From IMG/VR virus record IMGVR_UViG_3300049460_000123, positions 29,509-93,508 of that record: a stretch of DNA of 64,000 nt. One strand, written 5' to 3'. A model generated the notes under the pieces. The model worked only from the letters and a program-made list of their open reading frames with translations. It searched no databases and was not told where the DNA came from. Source of the DNA: a virus. Every line of letters begins with the position of its first letter. Position 1 is the first letter of the stretch. Both the position numbers and the translations under genes were made by a program. Positions 10,424 to 20,510 of the stretch are shown piece after piece.

Positions 10424-10727
10424 AAGAGTCCTCCTTAGCGCGGAGCGCAGCGTGCACGTTCATCAGGTGCGCGTAACTCGCGTCGTCCAGCGGATCGAGC
10501 TCGTCGAGATCCCATCCGTCCGGCGCTTTCAGCGTCAGCACCTTCAGCGTCGCGATCCAGCCGCCGACCGTCTCGAGGAATGCAGTCGGCGATGCGATAC
10601 CCTCGCTCAGCCGCGAGAACTCAGCGGCGATCGCCAGCTCAGTGCGCATGTTGCGACGCGCGAACGTGAAGACTCCGACGCCATCGACGTCGACCACAAA
10701 TTGTTTCGAACCAGGTGCGTTTGACAT
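10323..10727 (-). CDS. Tail assembly chaperone
   Basis: 134 aa between tube and tape measure genes; GGAGAG SD. Confidence 0.75.
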   Translation of the reverse strand: MSNAPGSKQFVVDVDGVGVFTFARRNMRTELAIAAEFSRLSEGIASPTAFLETVGGWIATLKVLTLKAPDGWDLDELDPLDDASYAHLMNVHAALRAKEDSFRRVPGTGLEDKRARSGENDRVLVSPEIQPSAD

Positions 10728-10743
10728 GCTCTCTCCGGATTTT

Positions 10744-10774
10744 AAAAAAGGCCGCCGGTTTAGGGCGGCCTTTT
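10744..10774. terminator. Intrinsic terminator after the tail tube gene
   Basis: AAAAAAAGGCCGCC-loop-GGCGGCCTTTT. Confidence 0.8.
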
Positions 10775-10790
10775 ACTTACTGCGCGGCTC

Positions 10791-11216
10791 TTAGATCTGC
10801 GTGCCCGAGGTGTCGAGTGCATTGAACTGGCCGCTCGATACCACGACCGCATTCGCGCTCACTTCAACGTCGCCGGACGCATACGACACGCCCATGTACT
10901 TCTTCAGCAGCGTGCCGTCGTCCTTGTCGAACACTTCGACGTCGAACACCAGGCCCTGCAGGACGGCGTCGCCGTTCTCCGCAGTGATGCCGGCCGAGCG
11001 CATCGATCCGCTTTTCAGCACGACTTGCTGGCACGTGAGCGTGTGACGCGCGACTGTCGGCACGTACTCGATCACGTGAATGTCGCCGATACCGCTCACC
11101 GGCTCCGGCGCATAATCGTCGTTCATGCGAACGCTGCGCATTGCGCCGATCACGTTGCCGTCGTACGTGATCACGATCCGGTTACCACTCCGGGCTTTGA
11201 CGTTTTTGGTTGCCAT
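10791..11216 (-). CDS. Tail tube protein
   Basis: 141 aa directly after the sheath; VSGIGDIHVIEYVP motif. Confidence 0.85.
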   Translation of the reverse strand: MATKNVKARSGNRIVITYDGNVIGAMRSVRMNDDYAPEPVSGIGDIHVIEYVPTVARHTLTCQQVVLKSGSMRSAGITAENGDAVLQGLVFDVEVFDKDDGTLLKKYMGVSYASGDVEVSANAVVVSSGQFNALDTSGTQI

Positions 11217-11229
11217 TTATCGGGCCTCC

Positions 11230-12942
11230 TTATGCCGACGCCGAGCCGCTGAACGGCACAGCGAACACGGACACGGGGATGTAGTTGATCGGCAGAACCG
11301 GCGAGCACTGGAACTGGACGCCAATCACGTCACCCTCCAGGGTTGCCTGAATGTTCTTGAACGCCGGGTTTTTTGCATCGCCCACGAGCACGCCAGGGCC
11401 GACCGGTTCAGCAACCGCCAGTGCGCGCAAAGCCGTATCCGCGATCGACACAGCGCGAGCCATGTTTTGCGGCGTTGCCTTTGCACCGCGCAGCACGTCG
11501 AGCGCATTGCGGACGTTGCGCACCGTGAAGTCGAGCGCCACGCCGACCGACTGCTCGACGCGGTTGTAGTTCGCATTCACGAGCCACGTGCTGATCGACT
11601 TGACGATCATGAAGCCCGTCGATTCGTTGTCCACGCACAGCACACCGCCCTTGATCAGCGCATCCGTATCGGTCGGGTTGATCAGGTTCCGCTCGAGCCC
11701 CTGCACCGAAACGCTCTTGTTCGTCAGCGGAGTGCCCGGGTTCACACCCGAGAACGCGCCGGCGATCATTGCCGCCATCAGGTACGGAGGGAACAGTACG
11801 AGCGCGCCGGTCGCGTCGAAGTCGTAATACCCGAGGTGCGTCAGCGAGGTGCGATCGCTATTGATCGACTTCGCGGCCGCGATCGCCTGGATATCGGTCG
11901 TGCCGAGCGCGGTACCGCAGATTGCGCGGCGCTCCTTGCGGCCGGTCGTGCTCATGAACTGCACGTGCGCGTCGGTCATCGCGTGAATCGACGGATCCGA
12001 GGTGATCGGCGTGATCCACTGCACGTCAGCCGATTGCAGCGCCGTGAACGCGGCCGACCATTGCGCATTGGTCGTCACGCCATCCGAGCCACCCGTCAGG
12101 AACGTGAACGGGATCGCAGCCGGAATTGCGCCGGCGTTCGTCGCGCGCGTCGCCACGACATAGCCTTGTGCCGTGCTGTTGAACCAGTCGACCAGCGCTT
12201 GCAGGTTTGCCGCCGCCGTGACTACCGCAGTCTTGACGTCGACGCTCGTCACGTAGTCCAGACCATTCAACGCCGCCTGCTGGCCGTTGCCGTCGAGCAC
12301 AGTCGCGAGGAAGCCCGGCACCACGTCGATTGCGTCGACGAGTTGCTGGATCGTCTTCATCTGCGTCAGATCGATCGTTGCCACCGGCGAGCCGCCAGCT
12401 TGCAGAACGACGGTCGTGCCCGTGATGGACATCGTTGCGCTTGCGGCCGCGCCCGTGTACTGGATCGAGAACGCATTGCGCGCGATGTTGTCCTGGGTGT
12501 AAAAGCTCGTGCCGAACTGCGTAGTTGCCTGCAGGCCCGTCACGCTACCCGGCTGAACCTTGACCTTGATCTGGTTCGTCCATGCGCCCCAGTCTGCGGA
12601 CAGCAGATTGATCGCCGGCGCGCTGGCAGCGTCGAGCAGCGTCAATGCCGACTGAAGTGCCGGGTTCACGCGGATCACGACCACCGACGCGGCGCCGCCA
12701 ACTTCGGTCGACGGAGCGAACGCGTTTTGAACTGCCGTCAGCAGCTCGCCACTTTGCAGCACAGCCGCAGCCGTCGACGGATCGCCGAACGTCAGGGGCA
12801 CATTCGGTTGACCACCAACCGATTGACCAATCAGCGCAACGACGTTGCCAACCGACAGGTTTTGATTCGCCATCGCGGAATCGTCGACCGCCGACATGGT
12901 CGCGGGCGAAATCCAAAGGCGGCCGTTGAAAAATACGGGCAT
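11230..12942 (-). CDS. Contractile tail sheath protein
   Basis: LTGGSDG, AAMIAG...PLTNK, LIKGGV and C-terminal PINYIPV motifs. Confidence 0.92.
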   Translation of the reverse strand: MPVFFNGRLWISPATMSAVDDSAMANQNLSVGNVVALIGQSVGGQPNVPLTFGDPSTAAAVLQSGELLTAVQNAFAPSTEVGGAASVVVIRVNPALQSALTLLDAASAPAINLLSADWGAWTNQIKVKVQPGSVTGLQATTQFGTSFYTQDNIARNAFSIQYTGAAASATMSITGTTVVLQAGGSPVATIDLTQMKTIQQLVDAIDVVPGFLATVLDGNGQQAALNGLDYVTSVDVKTAVVTAAANLQALVDWFNSTAQGYVVATRATNAGAIPAAIPFTFLTGGSDGVTTNAQWSAAFTALQSADVQWITPITSDPSIHAMTDAHVQFMSTTGRKERRAICGTALGTTDIQAIAAAKSINSDRTSLTHLGYYDFDATGALVLFPPYLMAAMIAGAFSGVNPGTPLTNKSVSVQGLERNLINPTDTDALIKGGVLCVDNESTGFMIVKSISTWLVNANYNRVEQSVGVALDFTVRNVRNALDVLRGAKATPQNMARAVSIADTALRALAVAEPVGPGVLVGDAKNPAFKNIQATLEGDVIGVQFQCSPVLPINYIPVSVFAVPFSGSASA

Positions 12943-12951
12943 GTTTTTTCC

Positions 12952-13179
12952 TTAAACGACAGGCTTGTTGAGGAAAGCCGTGTATCGAGCCTGATAGTTC
13001 GATTCGGCATCTTTCTGGCGCCCGGCCTGGCTTTCCGTGAAGTGGAAAGCGCTAATGAGCTCGACGCGGCGATCGGTCATCGACAGCCGCGTGCAAAACT
13101 CGTTAAGCGCTACCAGCGGCACCGCCGTGACAGCGGGAGCCCCGCCACCGACGATCGCTACGTCTTGATCCATACTCAT
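12952..13179 (-). CDS. Small virion morphogenesis protein
   Basis: 75 aa with AGGA SD, in the late operon. Confidence 0.6.
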   Translation of the reverse strand: MSMDQDVAIVGGGAPAVTAVPLVALNEFCTRLSMTDRRVELISAFHFTESQAGRQKDAESNYQARYTAFLNKPVV

Positions 13180-13184
13180 TTCCT

Positions 13185-14018
13185 TTAGTTAGGATATACA
13201 ACGGTTACATCAACATCGACGATCGGATCGACTTGATCGCCAACCAAGACGGGCGCCATGCACGTGAAAGTGCCCGCAGCCTGGTAGACCGGCGCCGGAT
13301 ATTCCCCGCTCACCGCGTCAACGTCCTGAATTGAAAATTCGGGCTGCACAATGCCGTTGTCGTCGAACACCGGCAGGTTTCCGATCACGATCCGGCGGAT
13401 TGCTTTGCGCAGCGAGATCCGCTCGTCCGGATTCATCGACCAGCCGATAACGGCGATCTGAACGTTTGCGAGCCACCCCTCCGCCTCAGTCCATTGATTC
13501 GCCGTCTCGTCGAACGAGTCGGCGAGGAACTGCTCGCCGATCGCGCGCTCAGCAGGCGACTCGGACGTCAGGTGAACGCTCACCATCGGCCAGCGCGTGT
13601 CTTCGTACTGAGGCGGCGCAGTCAGCACCGGGATCGCACCGCTCGACGGCTTCAACGTGCCGCGCGTCACCTCGACGGCGAGTCCGGCTGCGATGCGATC
13701 GCGAATGAGAGACAGGGAGTCGACGCTGTAATCGACATACGTCGCATTGGGAGTCGCCGAGACGACATTGCTTGCCGTCCACGTGGCGCCATTCCAATAG
13801 AATGCGCAGTAGTACGTCTGAATGCCGTTCTGCAAGAACTGCACGTCGACGAGATAGTTGTCGGTCCCCTCGTATGCCACGAACGACGCCGGATCTGTTT
13901 CGCCAGGAAACACGCCCGTGCCATTGCGCAGGATTCGCCAGTTAAGGGCGTCCGAAGGCGGCGCAAGGAAAACCTTTAGCGCGTTGCCGATCGGGAGAGG
14001 GACGACGAATGAAATCAT
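13185..14018 (-). CDS. Tail terminator/neck protein (putative)
   Basis: 277 aa before the sheath; leaderless late promoter. Confidence 0.55.
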   Translation of the reverse strand: MISFVVPLPIGNALKVFLAPPSDALNWRILRNGTGVFPGETDPASFVAYEGTDNYLVDVQFLQNGIQTYYCAFYWNGATWTASNVVSATPNATYVDYSVDSLSLIRDRIAAGLAVEVTRGTLKPSSGAIPVLTAPPQYEDTRWPMVSVHLTSESPAERAIGEQFLADSFDETANQWTEAEGWLANVQIAVIGWSMNPDERISLRKAIRRIVIGNLPVFDDNGIVQPEFSIQDVDAVSGEYPAPVYQAAGTFTCMAPVLVGDQVDPIVDVDVTVVYPN

Positions 14019-14086
14019 GAGAGTAGTGTGCTGTCACGACCACCCGCGAGACGTGACACTACACTCGAGTAAAGGAGGTGTTTCGC

Positions 14087-14941
14087 ATGGCTGAATTTCG
14101 AATCGCGGTAGATCTCTCGCAAGTGATGAACGCCGTGCCGATCATTACCCGGCAGGTTTTCCCACTGGTGAATCAGGCTGTGCGCGCGATCGCACAGCAG
14201 ACGCAAGCGAACTGGATGGAGTCCGTCTACCGCGCGCACCTATGGAGTGGCGAGAAAGACGCCTATGCGAAGTCGATCGCCTGGGAAATGACCGGCGACT
14301 TTTCCGCCGTCGTGAAGTCCGACTACAAGAACGCCGAGGAGATCGATCAGGGCCGCCCGCCGTACGACCTGAAACAGATGCTCAATACGTCGCCGAAGGT
14401 GCGGCGCACGAAGGACGGCCGGCGCTTCATGATCATTCCGTTTCGGCAGAACACCACCGGACAGGACGCGCTCACGCAAGGCATGCCGGAGGACGTCTAC
14501 ACCGCCGCATCCGCGCTCAGCGCGAGCAAGATCGTCGCGCAGTCGAAACGCGCATCGGGGGAATTAACCTCGATCCATCCGAAATGGGGGACGCAAGTCC
14601 TAAAGAAGCAGACGCCGTTCGCCTCGAACATCAAGACGCGCGGTCCGATGCTCGTCAACAAAAACATCTACAAGTGGGGAGGAAAGCTCGACACCAGCGG
14701 AATGGCGGGCCTCACCGACGCACAGAAGAAGCGCTATAACGGCATGGTGCGAATGACAGGCACCACGCCCGGAGGCGGGCGCTACAGTCAATTCATGACG
14801 TTCCGCGTAATGATGGAAGGCAGCGCCGGCTGGATAATTCCGGCGCGCCCCGGCTTGAACCTGGCCCGCAACGTCGCCGCGAAGATTCAACCGCTCGCCG
14901 AGCGCGTGATCAACGAGGCGGTCGCACAGTCGTTCAAGTAG
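14087..14941 (+). CDS. Tail completion/neck protein, encoded on the opposite strand
   Basis: AAGGAGG SD; own late promoter; EEIDQGRPPYDLK...IIPF...FRVM..GS.GWIIP motif. Confidence 0.65.
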   Translation: MAEFRIAVDLSQVMNAVPIITRQVFPLVNQAVRAIAQQTQANWMESVYRAHLWSGEKDAYAKSIAWEMTGDFSAVVKSDYKNAEEIDQGRPPYDLKQMLNTSPKVRRTKDGRRFMIIPFRQNTTGQDALTQGMPEDVYTAASALSASKIVAQSKRASGELTSIHPKWGTQVLKKQTPFASNIKTRGPMLVNKNIYKWGGKLDTSGMAGLTDAQKKRYNGMVRMTGTTPGGGRYSQFMTFRVMMEGSAGWIIPARPGLNLARNVAAKIQPLAERVINEAVAQSFK

Positions 14942-15584
14942 TCGACGTCATATCCCGTCCGAACAGATCGAAGGAGCGCAGGACGACGCGCTTCGGCAGG
15001 CGGGCGCCTTGGTGCTCGCCGCGCATGCCCGGGAATTGACCGAAACAGAAATACTCCGAATAGCGCTTTCCCGACACGCTGTACTGCACGCCGAGAGGCG
15101 GAGCTCCGGACGTCCACGAGAGCGAGCCATCAGCCGCGACCGTCGGAATCGCGCCCTGCACGACGTTTTTATTTGCGTCGAGCCAGAACACCCGAAAAAT
15201 ACTGTTCACGTTGAAGAACAGTTTCTCCACCGGCGCGCCGCGCACCAGCACGAGCGAGAAGTCTTCGGTCGCATTCAGCATCGTCACGCGATCGAACTGG
15301 CCCATCTCGTAGAGCGGAGTGTTTTCCGGGATGGACAGGACCGTGTCGCCGTCTTGCCACATGCCGAACTGTGCCCACGCTTGTTGCACCTTCTGGCTTG
15401 CGACGCCCGCGACGCCCTGCACCGGCGGATCCCACAGGCGCCCTTTTCCGCCGCATTGCGGACAGCCGGGCGTGGCCGCACCGGAGTACGGATCCACGCA
15501 CGGGCAATGGAACGCCTTGCGCCACGAGTAGCGCTGGCCGATGAAAGCCAAATGGCCGTTGAATGCTGCAGGGTTCAGTCTCAT
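14934..15584 (-). CDS. Head closure/neck protein
   Basis: W.KAFHCPC...CPQCGGKG Zn motif; position after the adaptor. Confidence 0.6.
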   Translation of the reverse strand: MRLNPAAFNGHLAFIGQRYSWRKAFHCPCVDPYSGAATPGCPQCGGKGRLWDPPVQGVAGVASQKVQQAWAQFGMWQDGDTVLSIPENTPLYEMGQFDRVTMLNATEDFSLVLVRGAPVEKLFFNVNSIFRVFWLDANKNVVQGAIPTVAADGSLSWTSGAPPLGVQYSVSGKRYSEYFCFGQFPGMRGEHQGARLPKRVVLRSFDLFGRDMTSTT

Positions 15585-16690
15585 CCGAGCACCGTAGAGC
15601 GGATACCGTGAATCGCCGTCATCAGCCCACCATTCGAGCCCTTCGGACCATTCAGGATGTAGTCGATTGTGTCGCGGTACTTGTCCATGTCGACCGACAT
15701 CGACTGCGACAGACCGTCCGCGCTGATCGAGCCGGACTGAGGCAGGAACCCGTCCTCGATCGACTTGAGCACCGCCAGCTTTTTGATTGCGTCAATGAGC
15801 TCCGGATACTCCGCGCGCGCGTTCGCGATGCCGGCGACGTACTTTAGGTTCAGCATGAACGGGATCGTGCGACCGGCCGCGACCGCCTGCATAATGAACG
15901 ACGACAGCGGCACGGCGACGGCATACGTCGACGGTACGAGGCGGATCACGCCGTAATGCTGATCGAGGCGGATCCAGTCTTGCGGGATCTCGAACACCAT
16001 CGCCGCCGGATCCGGATAGGCGAACTTCATCATCTGGATCGACTGGACAGGCTTTTGACGCGTCGCGATGTAGCCCCACGAATCGCCCTCAAAGAAGGCC
16101 GGGCCATAGTCGTAAGGCGGATCGATCGCCCACGGCATGCCGGGCGGAAGGCTCGCGAGATCGTCGGCAGTCGGATCGGACGGAAAGAACTGCGTCGGCA
16201 CGAGCGGCACGCGCAGCGTATGCGCGATCGACGACTCAGCCGCGAGCAGCTTTCCCCACAGGTAGTCATCCGAGAGCACCTGGCCGGCGAAGAAGTTGGC
16301 CGATGCCATGAACAGGCTATCCGCGCGCAGCTCCTCGATCACAATGTCCTTGATGAACAATTGCGAGCGCGTTGCCGAACCGGCCGACTCGACATGGATC
16401 AGGAAGCGCTTTGCGAGCGCCGGCGCCGAGCTCGTGACGACCAGCATACAGTCGCCCACCGGGACGACATCCATCGCCGCAGCGTCGAACGACACCACGA
16501 CGACGCCCGCCGACCAGTCCGCGCCCGGATCTGCAGCCGCAGACGTCGTCGCCGGACACAGCGCCGTATGGCCGTCCATCGCGACGAGTTGGGCCTGCAC
16601 CGTCGAAGTGTCGGCGATCGCCACCGGCGCACCGTTGACTTGGACGGTAACGGGAAATTGTGCTGCAATCCCAGTGAGAATCGTTGTCAC
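15581..16690 (-). CDS. Head-tail adaptor protein
   Basis: C-terminal SISADGLSQSMS motif; follows the capsid genes; GTG start. Confidence 0.6.
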   Translation of the reverse strand: MTTILTGIAAQFPVTVQVNGAPVAIADTSTVQAQLVAMDGHTALCPATTSAAADPGADWSAGVVVVSFDAAAMDVVPVGDCMLVVTSSAPALAKRFLIHVESAGSATRSQLFIKDIVIEELRADSLFMASANFFAGQVLSDDYLWGKLLAAESSIAHTLRVPLVPTQFFPSDPTADDLASLPPGMPWAIDPPYDYGPAFFEGDSWGYIATRQKPVQSIQMMKFAYPDPAAMVFEIPQDWIRLDQHYGVIRLVPSTYAVAVPLSSFIMQAVAAGRTIPFMLNLKYVAGIANARAEYPELIDAIKKLAVLKSIEDGFLPQSGSISADGLSQSMSVDMDKYRDTIDYILNGPKGSNGGLMTAIHGIRSTVLG

Positions 16691-16759
16691 GTTTATTCCA
16701 AAGAAAAAGGCCGCCGGCGGATCAGTCCGACGACGGCCTCGTGGCAGAAAGCGGCCGGG

Positions 16760-16957
16760 TTACTGACGCGCAGCCAGCGTCTTGACCGCACTCACAGTCG
16801 TCAGGTTCAGGCCGGCGAGCGCCGCCGCCGTCAGCGCTGCGAGCAGTGCGTTGTGCTGCGTGATCAGATCCTCGAGCACCGAACCGAGCTGCACGTCGGC
16901 AGCAGCCGGCGCGAGCTTGTTCAAGCGTGCAACGAGGGTTTTTTCAGTCAGAGCCAT
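16760..16957 (-). CDS. Small head decoration/fibre-like protein
   Basis: 65 aa, LITQHNALLAAL.AA motif, downstream of the capsid gene. Confidence 0.5.
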   Translation of the reverse strand: MALTEKTLVARLNKLAPAAADVQLGSVLEDLITQHNALLAALTAAALAGLNLTTVSAVKTLAARQ

Positions 16958-16973
16958 GAATTACCCTTTTGGG

Positions 16974-17252
16974 TTATGCCGTCGGCTCAGTCGCATCAGC
17001 GGCAGGCTTCTGCGCGGGCGCAGCAGGTGCAGCAGGTGCGGCCGGGACTTCGGCCGGGATCAGCGGAGCTTGAGCAGCAGCGGCGTCCTTCGCCGCATTC
17101 TTGCCATGCAACACGTAGCCCTTGATTGTCAGAAGTACCGCAGCGACATCGTCCTCGATCTCCTCCGAGATCATGCCGAGTTTGTGCGAGACGAACTTGA
17201 TGCCGTTGACCAGCTCAGAACCGTTTTCGAGCGTCCAAATAACCTTTGCCAT
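16974..17252 (-). CDS. Small capsid-associated protein
   Basis: 92 aa, GGAGG SD, Ala/Pro-rich tail. Confidence 0.6.
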   Translation of the reverse strand: MAKVIWTLENGSELVNGIKFVSHKLGMISEEIEDDVAAVLLTIKGYVLHGKNAAKDAAAAQAPLIPAEVPAAPAAPAAPAQKPAADATEPTA

Positions 17253-17324
17253 ACCACCTCCGAGAATTTTTTCAGAAGGCCGCGCACCTCACGATACGCG
17301 GCCCGCCCTACTACCTACGAACGA

Positions 17325-18830
17325 TTACTCGTTCGCGAACGGCCGCCACACGGCATTGCTGGCGAGCACGTTCTTGATGTAGCCGTGATGCTTCGGCTTC
17401 GTCATCCGCAGATACCCGAACAGGAACTGGAACCACGAGATAACCGGAACGCCACCCACGCCGAACGGCAGCGGGATCTTGGTCATCGGCTGGAACTGGC
17501 GCCAGCCGATCGCGTCCGCCGATTGCTGCATGTTCAGCAGCGGCACGGTCGACGTACCCGGGATGTCGCGGTTCAGATCGGTGTACGTGGTCGACGCACC
17601 GGTCTTCTTGACGATCTTCACGAGGCGCAGATCGGCGATACCGTTCGTACCGTTCTGACGGCTGCGATAGATCGCGTAGCCGGATTCCAGACCCGATGCC
17701 GACTGGGTGATCGTGATCACCGGAGCGGCGCCAGTCGCGACTGCTTGCTGCGTGCTGATCACTGCCTGGGTCATACCTTCACCGTTCGCGCCGATCGCCG
17801 CGACTGCCCAGTAGTAGTTGCCGGCACGCGTCGAGCTGAACTGCGAGGACGCGCTCGTCGGCGCCGGGTTGACGGCGATTGCGGCCGGCTTGAACGCGAC
17901 GTTGGCGGCAGCGATCGCCGGATAGTTCACTTCAAACGGCGAGATCATGGGGTTGTTCTCGTCGTGCAGGAACGTGTCCATGTTCGTGCGCAGCACGCCG
18001 TTGGTCAGGCGGATGCCCTCAACGTGTCCGCCGATCTGCGGAGTGTTGCTACCCGTCGGCATCCAGCGATACGCCGGATCGAGGCCGCTGTTCAAGTCGT
18101 TCTGCAGCGAGACCGGCAGGAACACGTCGGTCGAACGGCCCCACGAACCATAACGGCTCACGGCGACGTTGATCTGCGAGAACGGCGTCACGCTGTCGAG
18201 CTTTGCGCCTTGCATGTCGATCACGTTGTCGCCGCTCATCGTGCCAGCCGCGATTTCCTTGTCGATCTGCGCGAAAATGCCGTCGAACTGCGTCGGCGAT
18301 GCGTCAGCGTTGCCGTGGAACAGCAGGTATTCAGCGTCGGTCAGGAGCTGAAGCGCGCCGTTGCGTTCCTCGACTGCGGTCGATTCGACGATGTTCTTGC
18401 CGATGTTCAGCACGTAGCCGACTTGACGCAGCGACATCAGGAACTTGACGAGACCCACTTCACGCGAGTAGTCGCCCTGCGCAGCGCGGACCGTGCCCAT
18501 CTGCGAGTTGGTCGAGCCACCGAGGAAGCCGCCCACGCTATTCTGACGCGTGTATTCGTCGACGATGTTCGTCGCGTTCGTGCGAGCCAGGCGATTGAAC
18601 AGCGTGAAGTGTTCGTTTTCCTGAATGGTCGACTTCATCGCCGTGTCGAGCGACTGCACGCCCAACGCACCGCCGCCCGTCAGGGTTGCGACGTCGGTCT
18701 GATAGTTGCTCGCCTGAAGCGCCTTTTGCAGGTCATCAAATGCGCTCAACGAGCCACCCGACGAGCCACCCAGCGACGGAACTGCTCCGCCGGGCGCAAC
18801 GCCGGAAAATTGGTTCAAAATGTTGCTCAT
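17325..18830 (-). CDS. Major capsid protein
   Basis: 501 aa after scaffold and protease. KALQAS...LTGGGALGVQSLD N-terminus and EYLLFHGNA...FDGI resemble SPO1/A511-type capsids. Confidence 0.9.
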   Translation of the reverse strand: MSNILNQFSGVAPGGAVPSLGGSSGGSLSAFDDLQKALQASNYQTDVATLTGGGALGVQSLDTAMKSTIQENEHFTLFNRLARTNATNIVDEYTRQNSVGGFLGGSTNSQMGTVRAAQGDYSREVGLVKFLMSLRQVGYVLNIGKNIVESTAVEERNGALQLLTDAEYLLFHGNADASPTQFDGIFAQIDKEIAAGTMSGDNVIDMQGAKLDSVTPFSQINVAVSRYGSWGRSTDVFLPVSLQNDLNSGLDPAYRWMPTGSNTPQIGGHVEGIRLTNGVLRTNMDTFLHDENNPMISPFEVNYPAIAAANVAFKPAAIAVNPAPTSASSQFSSTRAGNYYWAVAAIGANGEGMTQAVISTQQAVATGAAPVITITQSASGLESGYAIYRSRQNGTNGIADLRLVKIVKKTGASTTYTDLNRDIPGTSTVPLLNMQQSADAIGWRQFQPMTKIPLPFGVGGVPVISWFQFLFGYLRMTKPKHHGYIKNVLASNAVWRPFANE

Positions 18831-18854
18831 ATTTACCTCGAGTTGCGCCTGAAA

Positions 18855-19511
18855 TTAGGCAAGTACTTTGGAAACCAGCGCCGTGTCGATCGCGACGTTG
18901 GAACGCAGGGAGACGTCGATGGTCGTGAATTCGAGACCAGTGATACGGCCAGCGCTAAATGCCGCATCGGACTTCGCCAGGAACTCTTGCGCAGTCAAAC
19001 CTTCTTCGGCTTGCGACTTCGCGAGCGGAGCAGCGCCGGCGGCGACCTTCTCACTCACGGCGAGCACCGTCTTGCGACCGCGACCCTTGCCGGCGAGCTC
19101 GTCGACACGTGCGGTCAACGACTTGATCAGCGCGGTCTGCGTCTTCACGAGGCCCAGCGTCGATTCGAGCGCCTTAGCCATCGTGCTTTCGTGCTCACCG
19201 ACTTTGCCCTTGAGCGCGCCGATGTCTTCCATCAGGGACTTGACGAGCTCGGTACCGTCGATTGCATCGACCGCGTTACCTTCTGCGTCCGTCAGCGACA
19301 GCGACTTGCCGAACGGCGTTGCGTCTTCGCCCTCGCCTTCGCCTTCGCCTTCTTCGCCTTCGCCTTCACCCTCGCCATCACCTTCGCCGCCGCCTTCACC
19401 AGCGGCAGCTTGGATTTTTTTGTCATCCTTGCTGTCGTCCGCCGGGAGAGCCTTGGTCAATGCTTCGTTCTCGGCCTGCAGCTCGCCGAGCAACTGTTCA
19501 AACTGACTCAT
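18855..19511 (-). CDS. Capsid scaffolding protein
   Basis: Acidic (GE)n tract, coiled coil, multiple K-[AS] sites; between protease and capsid genes. Confidence 0.7.
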   Translation of the reverse strand: MSQFEQLLGELQAENEALTKALPADDSKDDKKIQAAAGEGGGEGDGEGEGEGEEGEGEGEGEDATPFGKSLSLTDAEGNAVDAIDGTELVKSLMEDIGALKGKVGEHESTMAKALESTLGLVKTQTALIKSLTARVDELAGKGRGRKTVLAVSEKVAAGAAPLAKSQAEEGLTAQEFLAKSDAAFSAGRITGLEFTTIDVSLRSNVAIDTALVSKVLA

Positions 19512-20416
19512 GACTTACTCCGTTTGTTGAGTCCTACTTTCAAATCGCGCATAAAGCGCTCCGTGTATTCAGCCGCCTCGTCGAGAGAGAGGCCGAAATG
19601 TCTTGCGCAGTGCTTGACGATGTCGCGCGCGTTCGGCTTGGCTAGAAGCCCGCTGCGCATATCACCGGCGAGCCTGTCGCGGAAGTCGAAATAGTTGGCG
19701 GGCTTGCCCATGTCGAGCGATTGCTTACCGAGTGCGGCGCCGCCAGTGAGCGATGCGCTATCGGTGCCGTAGCCGGCCTCGAGCGCCTTCGCGAAATCCA
19801 GTCCGCTCGCGCCCCAGCACTTCGCCAGCGCGTCGAAAGGGATCGTCTGAGCCGTCGGCAGGTTCTGATTCACGGGCGTGCGACTCAGCGCGACGTTCGT
19901 CCAGCGGACCTTTTCAACGACTCCAATCTTGTTTTTCGTCTCCGGATCGATCTGCACGCTCTTTGCCAGCACGGCGCCGCCAACGGACGGATACCAGCGC
20001 GCCGGCGGATTGAGATTCGTCATCGAGTCCCAAACCATATTTGCGTTCTTAGCCAGATCCGTATCGCCGCTATAGAGCTGCGACTTGACGAACGTGCGGC
20101 GCCCCTCGATCCGAACCTGCGTCGGGCGGCCGATCTCGTACAACTCGTGATTCGGGAGTCCGACGTAACCCGTGCGCGGGTTCGGTTTGCCGAGCAGGCT
20201 GTAGTGATCCAGATCGACGTTGCCGAACTTGAGGTAGTGGTCAGCGCTATCCTCGAGCGCTTTAGCCATTACCCGTTCGTTCTGCTGATCGACCTTTTCA
20301 TTGCTCGCCTCGAAATAGATGAAGCGATCTCCGCCTTCTTCGGCAGGGATTGCTTTGAACATCGACTCGATCTTTAGAAAATCGGGGATGTCTGCGAGGA
20401 GTTGTGTGTCGTCCAT
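19508..20416 (-). CDS. Prohead protease
   Basis: FEASNEKVDQQNE, NVDLDH, PSVGG and VALSRTPVN motifs. Confidence 0.85.
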   Translation of the reverse strand: MDDTQLLADIPDFLKIESMFKAIPAEEGGDRFIYFEASNEKVDQQNERVMAKALEDSADHYLKFGNVDLDHYSLLGKPNPRTGYVGLPNHELYEIGRPTQVRIEGRRTFVKSQLYSGDTDLAKNANMVWDSMTNLNPPARWYPSVGGAVLAKSVQIDPETKNKIGVVEKVRWTNVALSRTPVNQNLPTAQTIPFDALAKCWGASGLDFAKALEAGYGTDSASLTGGAALGKQSLDMGKPANYFDFRDRLAGDMRSGLLAKPNARDIVKHCARHFGLSLDEAAEYTERFMRDLKVGLNKRSKS

Positions 20417-20486
20417 GAGATAAATTCTCGTGTCACGACTTCAACCCACCGCATCACTTGATCGAAAAAAAGCAAGTCGGAAAAAG

Positions 20487-20510
20487 AAAAAGGCACCCGA
20501 AGGTGCCTTT
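20487..20510. terminator. Intrinsic terminator
   Basis: AAAAGGCACC-CGAA-GGTGCCTTT. Confidence 0.75.

Noticed and set aside
1-14018. Tailocin, eCIS or T6SS interpretation of the tail cluster
   Set aside because: Capsid, portal, protease and terminase are present, so this is a full phage.
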